IMG/VR virus record: IMGVR_UViG_2671180608_000003
From: a virus
Taxonomy: Duplodnaviria; Heunggongvirae; Uroviricota; Caudoviricetes
Reading direction: 5' to 3' (one strand)
DNA length: 21,908 bases
Part shown: piece by piece, positions 1 through 7,691 of the stretch
How the letters are laid out: every line of letters starts with the position of its first letter
Position numbering within the stretch: the stretch's first letter is position 1
Notes under the pieces: generated by a model
The model's input: only the letters and a program-made list of their open reading frames with translations
What the model was told of the DNA's origin: nothing
The model's database searches: none
Made by a program: the position numbers and the translations under genes

Positions 1-16
1 GAATTACCGTCTTATA

Positions 17-343
17 TCACTGGCGCTGACACTTCATCACCTCCGGACGTAAATCACCATCCTTTGGTGCATTCAGAAACGCGTTCAGTGTCCCCGGTGC
101 ATCAGTCGGTGCCACATCAATATCCCCGACACGGGTTGGCTGCCAGCCGTTACAGTGAAGCGCAACCTCGTAATACCCCGGCTCAGCCTCAATCACATAA
201 GCACCGTTATTGTCCGTCACGCAAGTGGCAACAACGTGTGCCACAACGGTCGGACTGGTTCTTCTGGCCCGCAGTTCAATCGCACAATTTACGACAGGTT
301 TACCCGCCCCATCTTTCAGTACACCTGAAATCTTTACTGCCAT
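17..343 (-). CDS. stf: Side tail fiber (Stf)-like protein, N-terminal domain only (108 aa), truncated relative to full-length lambda-type Stf
   Basis: N-terminus MAVKISGVLKDGAGKPV matches the recalled start of lambda Stf. Start ATG at 341-343 preceded by GGGG; TGA stop at 17-19. The ORF-track start at 385 is a non-homologous extension. Lies immediately downstream of lom, as in lambda. Confidence 0.6.
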   Translation of the reverse strand: MAVKISGVLKDGAGKPVVNCAIELRARRTSPTVVAHVVATCVTDNNGAYVIEAEPGYYEVALHCNGWQPTRVGDIDVAPTDAPGTLNAFLNAPKDGDLRPEVMKCQRQ

Positions 344-351
344 ATTCACCC

Positions 352-379
352 CACAAAAAGCCCGCCTGAACCAGCGGGC
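352..379 (-). terminator. Candidate intrinsic terminator downstream of lom
   Basis: On the minus strand: 6-bp GC stem (plus 360-365 pairs with 374-379) with an 8-nt loop, followed by TTTTTGT (plus 353-359), 28 nt after the lom stop. Confidence 0.5.
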
Positions 380-406
380 AGTCATAACACTGTGTTACCT
401 GGCTAA

Positions 407-1006
407 TCAGAACTTATAACCGACACCCACGATGAAACCGTCAGTGCGCCAGTCACCACTGCCGGAACCTTCATAAGCAAGGTCAATGGCCACGGATTCG
501 GTCGGGTTAAACTGCACGCCAGCCCCCCACGCCAGAGACGTGTTGCTGTGGCGACCGCCATCACTTCCGGTCAGCACATCGTGCGTTTTCCCCTTGTTGT
601 CAGTTACGCGGAGATAATCCCCGGAGAAGGTCGACACACGGCTGTAAGCCACGCCCGCCATCGCATACGCGCTGAACCATTCATTCACGCGCACAGACGG
701 CCCCGCCATCACGCTGAACCAGCGGTTACGCACGGAATCCTCATGCCAGCGGGTATCGCTGTAATGCGTTTTTTGCTCATCTTCAGCGTTGGCATAACTG
801 AATGACGTAATCAGCCCCAGCGTGTCCGTAAACTCATAACGGTATTTCACGTTAATGCCCTTCAGGTCATCGCTGCCTGGCATATCAGTATGGGTCTGAA
901 GATACCCGGCGCTCAGCGTGGACTGATGTTCAGACGCCCATGCAGGCGCACCGGATACGGCCAGGCAAATGGCTGCGGACAAAATGGCTGCACAAACTTT
1001 ACGCAT
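407..1006 (-). CDS. lom: Lom outer membrane protein (Ail/Lom/PagC family beta-barrel)
   Basis: 199 aa with N-terminal signal peptide MRKVCAAILSAAICLAVSGAPAWA and C-terminal aromatic residue (ends GYKF). Position directly after J as in lambda. GAGAGG ribosome-binding site upstream of the ATG. Confidence 0.93.
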   Translation of the reverse strand: MRKVCAAILSAAICLAVSGAPAWASEHQSTLSAGYLQTHTDMPGSDDLKGINVKYRYEFTDTLGLITSFSYANAEDEQKTHYSDTRWHEDSVRNRWFSVMAGPSVRVNEWFSAYAMAGVAYSRVSTFSGDYLRVTDNKGKTHDVLTGSDGGRHSNTSLAWGAGVQFNPTESVAIDLAYEGSGSGDWRTDGFIVGVGYKF

Positions 1007-1027
1007 AATTACCTCTCGCTTTTCTGC

Positions 1028-1055
1028 AATAAAAAAGGCACCATTTCTGGTGCCC
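1028..1055 (-). terminator. Intrinsic terminator between J and lom (tJ-like)
   Basis: On the minus strand: hairpin GGCACC-AGAAAT-GGTGCC (plus 1037-1054) followed by TTTTTTATT, located between the J stop and the lom ribosome-binding site. Confidence 0.6.
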
Positions 1056-1073
1056 GTATCTGGGTTATAAAAT

Positions 1074-4000
1074 TCAGCTAATCGTGATGCCTGCAGTGGC
1101 TTTCTTCATCACCACAACCAGCAAATCGCTGATACTTGCTGTGGGATACCAGCCATTTACCAGCCATGCCGATACAGAAAACTCCAGCGTCATGTGACCG
1201 TGACCGGCAGGCATATCAATAACACCCGTATATATCAGCGTATTATCCAGGGTCGTTCGGTTATAAATTTCAGCACCGTTTTTCTTCACTATCAGGCGGC
1301 ATGACGAATAAATATTGTTATTCTTCCGCTCATGTTTAGCACCGCGAAACGCCACCGCGGGAATAACAATTTGCCGATCAAACGGCTGATCGTCATAAAC
1401 CCTGACGGTAATGGTCCCTGATGGCCACCTCTCCGGTGCCCGGGAGTCCCGTGGGAAAGGTTTGCCCACTGTTTTAACGAGATCGCCTTCAATCTGGTTC
1501 GCGGACAATTTTCCCAGAACCCGACAGTTCTTATTAATCGTGACGTTGTTGAGCGTCCCGGAGTTCGCGTTCACGTTACCGCTGATATCGGCATTTTTCG
1601 CCGTCAGCCGTCCGCCAGGTGTCAGGGAAAATGCCGGAGGATTACCGCCGCTGGTAATGGTCGGAGCCGTCAGGCATTTCAGGAACACGTCGTTCATGAA
1701 TATCTGATCGCCCTGACCAACAAACATCGGCTTTGTGTTGCCATTCGCAGGATTAATCATCGCAATCCTGTCTGCCGCCAGCAGCACCTGACTCTGCATT
1801 CCTGCTGGCGTATTCTCAATACCGGCACCGATACCCGCAATATAAAGGCGTCCGTCCTTCATCTGTTGCAGCTTCACAGCCCACATGCTGTTCAGGTTAT
1901 TATTTGTATCAACCTGAACTTTCTGTATCTGCTGGATTGCAGCACTCTGATTTTCCAGTTTTTTATTGACGGTTTGCGTGATTTCATTGCTGACATTCGT
2001 AATGGACGTCCTGATTTCAGTCAGGTCCGGCGCAAGCTGACCGTTATCAATCTGCGTCCACAACTCCTTGCCGAGATGCGTTTTATTGATCAACCCTTTA
2101 TAAAAATTCAGATAACCTTCTGCATCATCGCTCGCCCGACCGATGGCCTCCACAAATGCCGATTTGCCAACGGTGTTCACACTGCGAACGTAAAAATAAT
2201 AATCATGGCCCGGCCTGATATTGATACTGGCGGCTATCCAGTACAGCGCCGTGCCAAGATAGCGGGCGCTGGTTTCAACCTGCCTGATATCCGCAATCCG
2301 CTTTTCCGAGAACCAGAACTCAAACTGCACCGTCGGGTCATATNNNNNNNNNNNNNNNNNNNNNNNNNNNNNNNNNNNNNNNNNNNNNNNNNNNNNNNNN
2401 NNNNNNNNNNNNNNNNNNNNNNNNNNNNNNNNNNNNNNNNNNNNNNNNNNNNNNNNNNNNNNNTTTGTGTTGCCATTCGCAGGATTAACCATCGCAATCC
2501 TGTCCGCCGCCAGCAGCACCTGACTCTGCATGCCGTCAGGGGTGTTCTCAATACCGGCACCAATACCCGCGATATAAAGGCGTCCGTCCTGCATCTGCTG
2601 CAGCTTCACAGCCCACATGCTGTTCAGGTTATTATTTGTATCAACCTGAACCTTCTGTATCTGCTGAATTGCCGCACTCTGGTCTTCCAGTTTCTTATTG
2701 ACGGTCTGCGTGATTTCATTGCTGACATCCGTAATGGACGTCCTGATTTCAGCCAGGTCAGGCGCAAGCTGACCGTTATCAATCTGCGTCCACAGCTCCT
2801 GAGCCAGATGGGTTTTCCCTATCTCGCCTTTGAAAAAATCCAGATAACCGGATGCATCATCACTCGGCTGACCAACAGCCTCCACGAATGCCGATTTGCC
2901 AACGGTGTTCACACTGCGGATATAAAAGTAATAATCATGGCCCGGTTTGATATTGATACTGGCGGCTATCCAGTACAGCGCCGTGCCAAGATAGCGTGCT
3001 GTGGTTTCAACCTGCCTGATATCCGCAATCCGCTTTTCCGAGAACCAGAACTCAAACTGTACCGTCGGATCATAAACCGCAAGATGCGGCGTGGCGGTTA
3101 TCTGAAAATAGCCCGGCGTCAGCTCAATCCGCGACAGCGCTGCCGGTGCGGCAATCCGGAACGATACCGACGCCGGATCGCCCTGCTGCCCCCACGCATT
3201 TACTGCCCGGACTGTCAGCCTGTAGTTCCCCAGCGCCAGTTGTGTGAAGCGGTAAGTGGTTTCCGTCGTCCGGGCCGTGCTGACCAGCCGCTCACTGCCG
3301 TCATCCGCTGTTACGGTCAGACGGAGCAGGAAGCTCACGCCCTTCACCACCTTCGGCGTGTCCCAGCGCGCCAGCACCTGATATTCCCCGCTGTCTGCGG
3401 TGACTTCGGCGGTCAGATGCTGCACCGCTGGCGGCGTGACACCATTCACCGTGCCGCTCTGGTCGCCGTCAAAGTGCGCCCCGTTATCCACGATGGCTTC
3501 TTTTTCCGGCACATGCTGCACGGCGGTGATGGCATACGTGCCGTCGTCGTTCTCACGGATACTCACGCAGCGGAACAGACGCTGGCGCAGCGTCGGCAGC
3601 TTCAGCCCCCACACGCTGTATTCAGCAACACCGTCAGGAACACGGCTCACTTTTACCTTCACGCCGTCGGTGACGGACTGGACCTCCACGCTGACCGGAT
3701 TCCCCTGCCCGTCAACCAGGCTTATCAGCGTGGTGCCGGAGGATGGCAGCGTGATTTCACGGTCGAGCGTCAGCGTCCGGGTCTGGCTGTTCACCGCCAG
3801 CACGCGCCCGCCGGTGCGGATACCGGCATAGTCATCATCGCAGATTTCAATGACATCGCCCGGTACATGACGAAGCCCTTCAGCACCCACGCTGAAATCC
3901 ACGGTCTGCGTCTCCAGCAGTTCCGTTTTAATCAGCCACAGCCCGGCGCGGTGTGCCTGCCCCCGGCTGGTACAGCCAAAGGCATCCATCTTCGTGACGT

Positions 4001-5285
4001 TACGACCGTAACGGACAATGGCCTGCGTATCCTCCACAAGCTCTGTCGCCGTCTCCCAGCCGTTATCCGGGTCAATCCAGTTCACCTCAACGGCATTATG
4101 GCGGTCTTTCAGGGCGCTGAAACTGTAGCGGAACGGCGCGCCATCATCCGGCATCACCACATTACTGCGGTTATAGGCCCACACCTTATCCGACTGTCGG
4201 TCCTGCACGAACGTCAGCGTCTGCCCGTTCCATACCGGCATACAGCGCATCGCCGAGCAGAAATCACTGAGCACATCCCACGCCTTGCGCTGTGTGGTCA
4301 GCCAGGCATTACAGGTGATGCGCGGCTCCGTGCTGCCAAAGCCGTCCGGCACCGACTGGTCACAGTACTGGCCGATGACATACAGCGCCCATTTATCCAC
4401 ATCTGCCGCACCAAGACGTTTCCCCATGCCATAGCGCGGATGGGTCAGCATATCCCACAGACACCAGGCCATGTTGTTGCTGTATGCTGGCTTAAGCGTT
4501 CCGTCCCAGATACCGCTGTATTGCCGCGTCTGCGGGTTATAGTTCGACGGCACCTGCAGAATGCGCCCGCGAAGATGATAATTACGGCTCACCTGCTGGC
4601 TGCCGAACTGCTCCGAATCCACCTGTACGCCGACCAGTGCCGTGTTCGGGTAGCACTGTTTCACATCGATGATTTCGGTGTATGACGACCAGAGCGTTTT
4701 GTTCTGCAGCTGGTCTGTGGTGCTGTCCGGCGTCATTCTGCGCATCCGGATATTAAACGGGCGCGGCGGCAGGTTATCCACCACCACCGAGGCCAGATAC
4801 TGCGAGGTGGTTTTGCCCTTAATGGTGATGTCTTTTTCCGTCACCCAGCCACCGTTACGCTGTATCTGAACCAGCAGGCGAACTTCAGACGGATTCCTGT
4901 CTCCCTTTGAGGTGGTTTCCACCAGTGCCTGTACACCGAAGGTAAAACGCAGTCGGTCAATGTTTGCCGACGTGATGGTCCGGGTGATCGGCGTGTCATA
5001 TTTCACTTCCGTACCCAGCACCGTCTCGGAGCCGGAGGATTCAAATCCCTCCGGCGGTGACTGCTCCTGCTCACCTGCCCGGAACACCACCGTGACGCCG
5101 GAGATGTTGGTATTCCCCTCACTGTCCAGCACCGGCGTACTGTTCAGCAGCACGCTTTTTAATCCATCCACCGGACCTTCAACCGGCCCTTCGCTGATGG
5201 CATCGATCACACTCAGCAGCTGCGTGGACTTCAGGTTGTCCTTCGCTTCGCGCGGGGTATGCCCCTTACTGCTGCCTTTACCCAT
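1074..5285 (-). CDS. J: Tail tip / host specificity protein J (central tail fibre); reading frame passes through a 120-N run and an internal divergent repeat, so true length is uncertain
   Basis: N-terminus [24 protein letters not shown] and most of the N-terminal 900 aa are near-identical to recalled lambda J. GGAG ribosome-binding site before the ATG at 5285. C-terminal ~200 aa diverge from lambda. Confidence 0.85.
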   Translation of the reverse strand: MGKGSSKGHTPREAKDNLKSTQLLSVIDAISEGPVEGPVDGLKSVLLNSTPVLDSEGNTNISGVTVVFRAGEQEQSPPEGFESSGSETVLGTEVKYDTPITRTITSANIDRLRFTFGVQALVETTSKGDRNPSEVRLLVQIQRNGGWVTEKDITIKGKTTSQYLASVVVDNLPPRPFNIRMRRMTPDSTTDQLQNKTLWSSYTEIIDVKQCYPNTALVGVQVDSEQFGSQQVSRNYHLRGRILQVPSNYNPQTRQYSGIWDGTLKPAYSNNMAWCLWDMLTHPRYGMGKRLGAADVDKWALYVIGQYCDQSVPDGFGSTEPRITCNAWLTTQRKAWDVLSDFCSAMRCMPVWNGQTLTFVQDRQSDKVWAYNRSNVVMPDDGAPFRYSFSALKDRHNAVEVNWIDPDNGWETATELVEDTQAIVRYGRNVTKMDAFGCTSRGQAHRAGLWLIKTELLETQTVDFSVGAEGLRHVPGDVIEICDDDYAGIRTGGRVLAVNSQTRTLTLDREITLPSSGTTLISLVDGQGNPVSVEVQSVTDGVKVKVSRVPDGVAEYSVWGLKLPTLRQRLFRCVSIRENDDGTYAITAVQHVPEKEAIVDNGAHFDGDQSGTVNGVTPPAVQHLTAEVTADSGEYQVLARWDTPKVVKGVSFLLRLTVTADDGSERLVSTARTTETTYRFTQLALGNYRLTVRAVNAWGQQGDPASVSFRIAAPAALSRIELTPGYFQITATPHLAVYDPTVQFEFWFSEKRIADIRQVETTARYLGTALYWIAASINIKPGHDYYFYIRSVNTVGKSAFVEAVGQPSDDASGYLDFFKGEIGKTHLAQELWTQIDNGQLAPDLAEIRTSITDVSNEITQTVNKKLEDQSAAIQQIQKVQVDTNNNLNSMWAVKLQQMQDGRLYIAGIGAGIENTPDGMQSQVLLAADRIAMVNPANGNTXXXXXXXXXXXXXXXXXXXXXXXXXXXXXXXXXXXXXXXXXYDPTVQFEFWFSEKRIADIRQVETSARYLGTALYWIAASINIRPGHDYYFYVRSVNTVGKSAFVEAIGRASDDAEGYLNFYKGLINKTHLGKELWTQIDNGQLAPDLTEIRTSITNVSNEITQTVNKKLENQSAAIQQIQKVQVDTNNNLNSMWAVKLQQMKDGRLYIAGIGAGIENTPAGMQSQVLLAADRIAMINPANGNTKPMFVGQGDQIFMNDVFLKCLTAPTITSGGNPPAFSLTPGGRLTAKNADISGNVNANSGTLNNVTINKNCRVLGKLSANQIEGDLVKTVGKPFPRDSRAPERWPSGTITVRVYDDQPFDRQIVIPAVAFRGAKHERKNNNIYSSCRLIVKKNGAEIYNRTTLDNTLIYTGVIDMPAGHGHMTLEFSVSAWLVNGWYPTASISDLLVVVMKKATAGITIS
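1732..2343. repeat. Copy A of a divergent direct repeat inside J (distal copy, runs into the N gap)
   Basis: Collinear with 2464-3075 at a constant offset of 732 nt; roughly 90% identical by eye at nucleotide and protein level. Confidence 0.9.
2344..2463. other. Run of 120 N (assembly gap or masked sequence) inside J
   Basis: Directly visible in the sequence. Confidence 0.99.
2464..3075. repeat. Copy B of the divergent direct repeat inside J (proximal copy)
   Basis: Collinear with 1732-2343; same J reading frame; encodes [24 protein letters not shown]...PANGNT. Confidence 0.9.
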
Positions 5286-5345
5286 TCGTCATGCTCCATA
5301 AACGATAAAACCGCCCGGAGGCGATTTCACATAAAACATTTTGCA

Positions 5346-6017
5346 TCAGCGACCAATCACCACAACCTGACCACCGTCCCCTTCGTCTGCCGTGCTGATC
5401 TCCTGAGATACCACACGTGACCCCACGCGCATTTCACCATACAGAACAGGCATAACATTGCCCTGGGCAACCATGTTATCCAGTGAGGAGAAATAGGTGT
5501 TCTGCTTACCGTTATCCGTTGTCTGTGTGCGGGGAGTTCTGGCTTTCGGTGCCAGCATCTGAGCCACACCGCCGAGCACCATACTGGCACCGAGAGAAAA
5601 CAGAATGCCGGTCATACCACCGGCACCAATGGCAGCCCCCCATGCTGCAAGGGTGGCTCCGGCGGTAAAGAATGATCCGGCAATGGCGGCTGCTCCCAGG
5701 ACAATCTGGAATACACCACCTGACTTGGCCCCGGCGACTCTGGGAACAATATGAATCACAGCGCCGTCAGGCAGAGCCTCATGTAACTGTGCCGTTAATC
5801 CGGACGTGCTAACATCCTGCCCGGCAATACGCACCTGATACCAGCCGTCGCTCAGCTTCTGACGAAACGCAGGGAGCTGTGTGGCCATCGCCCGGATGGC
5901 TTCGGCACCCGTTTTCACACGAAGGTCGATGCGGCGGCCAAATCGTTGCAAATCCCCGTAAAGGCAGATGCGTGCCATGCCCGGTGACGCCAGAGGGAGT
6001 GTGTGCGTCGCTGCCAT
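5346..6017 (-). CDS. I: Tail assembly protein I
   Basis: 223 aa; MAATHTLPLASPGMARICLYGDL matches recalled lambda I, with a Gly/Ala-rich hydrophobic central segment. Overlaps the 3-prime end of K in another frame. Confidence 0.93.
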   Translation of the reverse strand: MAATHTLPLASPGMARICLYGDLQRFGRRIDLRVKTGAEAIRAMATQLPAFRQKLSDGWYQVRIAGQDVSTSGLTAQLHEALPDGAVIHIVPRVAGAKSGGVFQIVLGAAAIAGSFFTAGATLAAWGAAIGAGGMTGILFSLGASMVLGGVAQMLAPKARTPRTQTTDNGKQNTYFSSLDNMVAQGNVMPVLYGEMRVGSRVVSQEISTADEGDGGQVVVIGR

Positions 6018-6658
6018 TTGTCGGTATACCTCTCTCGTTTGCTCAGTTGTTCAGGAATATGGTGCAGCAGCCCGCCGTCACCGCAGTAAATGGCGGCATG
6101 ATTCGGCACCGATGAACCAAAACAGCACAGCAGCACATCGCCCGGCTGCGCCGCTGACAACGGCACCTGATACAGCCCTGTGGCCTCCAGATTATCCAGA
6201 TAGAGATTCTGACCGTGACGCCACCAGTCATCCTCACGATGAAAATCCGGCATCTCAATCCCCGCCAGATGGTAAGCATCCCGGAACAGCGTGTAACAGT
6301 CCGTCACCCCGTGCTCAAAGCGCCGCCCGGTAAGATGTGGCACACAGCGGAACTTGTGAATCGCCCCCCGGCAGACCAGCCACCACGGCAAATCACTCTG
6401 CACCTGCAGCCGCCGGTCGGCCTCACTCAGCCAGGGCAGACCACCGGGGTGGCTGTGGACCAGTGCCACAATCTCACCCTGCATCTCTGCCTGCAGCCAG
6501 TCTTCCGGCGACATACGGAAATACGCCTCCGGCTCACCGGAGATATTCACGCAGGGGAAATATCTTTCCCCCTCCGGCGTTCTTACCACGAAGCCGCACG
6601 ACTCCGCTGGAGCACATCGCCGGGCGTGCGCCAGAATCGCTGATTCTGTCTCTGTCAT
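5915..6658 (-). CDS. K: Tail assembly protein K (MPN/JAMM plus NlpC/P60-like domains)
   Basis: 247-aa ORF. JAMM-type motif HSHPGG...SEAD and an NlpC/P60-like Cys (GVTDCYTLF) and His (PNHAAIY) are visible. Position between L and I as in lambda. Confidence 0.9.
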   Translation of the reverse strand: MTETESAILAHARRCAPAESCGFVVRTPEGERYFPCVNISGEPEAYFRMSPEDWLQAEMQGEIVALVHSHPGGLPWLSEADRRLQVQSDLPWWLVCRGAIHKFRCVPHLTGRRFEHGVTDCYTLFRDAYHLAGIEMPDFHREDDWWRHGQNLYLDNLEATGLYQVPLSAAQPGDVLLCCFGSSVPNHAAIYCGDGGLLHHIPEQLSKRERYTDKWQRRTHSLWRHRAWHASAFTGICNDLAAASTFV

Positions 6659-6663
6659 GGGAT

Positions 6664-7362
6664 TTACTGCGAAAGTTTGTTAATGGAAAGGAAGCCGCCA
6701 AAGTTGCCGACGTTATTGCGAAACTTACAGCCACTCAGGCATTTGCTGCATTTATCCTTCGTGATGTCGGACGTTGGCTGGTCATATTCATCCGCGACCG
6801 CCGGACCGTGATAACCGCACTCATCGCCGCGATAGGTCCAGGTGCAGGTGTTGGCCAGCATGATACGTCCCGGAAAAACAGCGCCATCTGTTTCCGTCGG
6901 CGTGGACAGTACAAAAGAGGCACTCACCGCGCTCAGTTCGCTGCACTGCTCAATGCGCCAGCGGCTGATCACCTCCTGCTCCGGATCGGCGTCACTGTTT
7001 CCGTTGACGAAGTTCACCGCATCCAGAAAACGGGCGTAAACCTTACGCCGGACCACCGTTCCGCCGACCAGACTCTGTAGATCTTCCGCCATCCCGGTGA
7101 CCATACCGTACAGGTTAGAAACCATCAGCGTGGGGCGCGTACTGGTGCCTTTGCCATTCAGTTCAAAACCACTCCCCTGAATGGGATACGGCTGATACTG
7201 TCGCCCCTGCCAGGTGACCGGCTCACCTTTTTCGTTCTGCTCATTACAGAAAAAATAACGTTCTCCACCGACCTCTGTCAGATCGATTTCCCAGAGCACC
7301 ACGCTGGCCGACTGCTCCGCACGGGTGCATTCATTCAGTGTTTCCTGCCGGATATCCTGCAT
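6664..7362 (-). CDS. L: Minor tail protein L
   Basis: 232 aa; MQDIRQETLNECTRAEQSASVVLWEIDLTEV matches recalled lambda L. C-terminal cysteine cluster (CTWTYRGDECGYHG, DKCSKCLSGCKF) consistent with the reported Fe-S site of gpL. Confidence 0.93.
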   Translation of the reverse strand: MQDIRQETLNECTRAEQSASVVLWEIDLTEVGGERYFFCNEQNEKGEPVTWQGRQYQPYPIQGSGFELNGKGTSTRPTLMVSNLYGMVTGMAEDLQSLVGGTVVRRKVYARFLDAVNFVNGNSDADPEQEVISRWRIEQCSELSAVSASFVLSTPTETDGAVFPGRIMLANTCTWTYRGDECGYHGPAVADEYDQPTSDITKDKCSKCLSGCKFRNNVGNFGGFLSINKLSQ

Positions 7363-7691
7363 CAGTTCACCACCTGTTCAAACTCTGCGCTGAACTCAAC
7401 ACGCAGCATACTGACCCGCGACGACCATTTTGCGCAGGTCACCTTTATCTGCCGCCACTCATAAGGCGGCGTCCACAGAAAGGCTTTCCAGCCCCCGTGC
7501 TCTTCCAGAAACGACTCCAGTACCATGGCCTCCTCACGGGGGACAGAAAGCGTCACGCTGTACGTTTTCAGGTTGGCATTCAGCCCGGCAGGCGCTCGCT
7601 GGGAATAGCCATCACCAAAGCGCACCTTTCTTACAGAAGGGGCCGAAGCCACATCCATACCGGGTTTCACTTTCCAGCGGAAGGTTTTCAT
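7362..7691 (-). CDS. M: Minor tail protein M
   Basis: 109 aa; MKTFRWKVKPGMDVASAPSVRKVRFGDGYSQRAP matches recalled lambda M. Stop overlaps the L start, start overlaps the H stop. Confidence 0.93.
   Translation of the reverse strand: MKTFRWKVKPGMDVASAPSVRKVRFGDGYSQRAPAGLNANLKTYSVTLSVPREEAMVLESFLEEHGGWKAFLWTPPYEWRQIKVTCAKWSSRVSMLRVEFSAEFEQVVN

Noticed and set aside
1866-4685. 939-aa plus-strand ORF antisense to J
   Set aside because: It lies wholly antisense to the well-supported J gene, spans the N run, and has a low-complexity Arg/His/Pro-rich translation typical of antisense frames in GC-rich coding DNA. No ribosome-binding site or homology supports it.
1074-5285. Taking the 1403-aa conceptual translation as the real J protein
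   Set aside because: It includes 40 codons of N and a divergent repeat that may be an assembly artefact. The length is uncertain (about 1159 aa if single-copy), so the gene is annotated but the length is not asserted.
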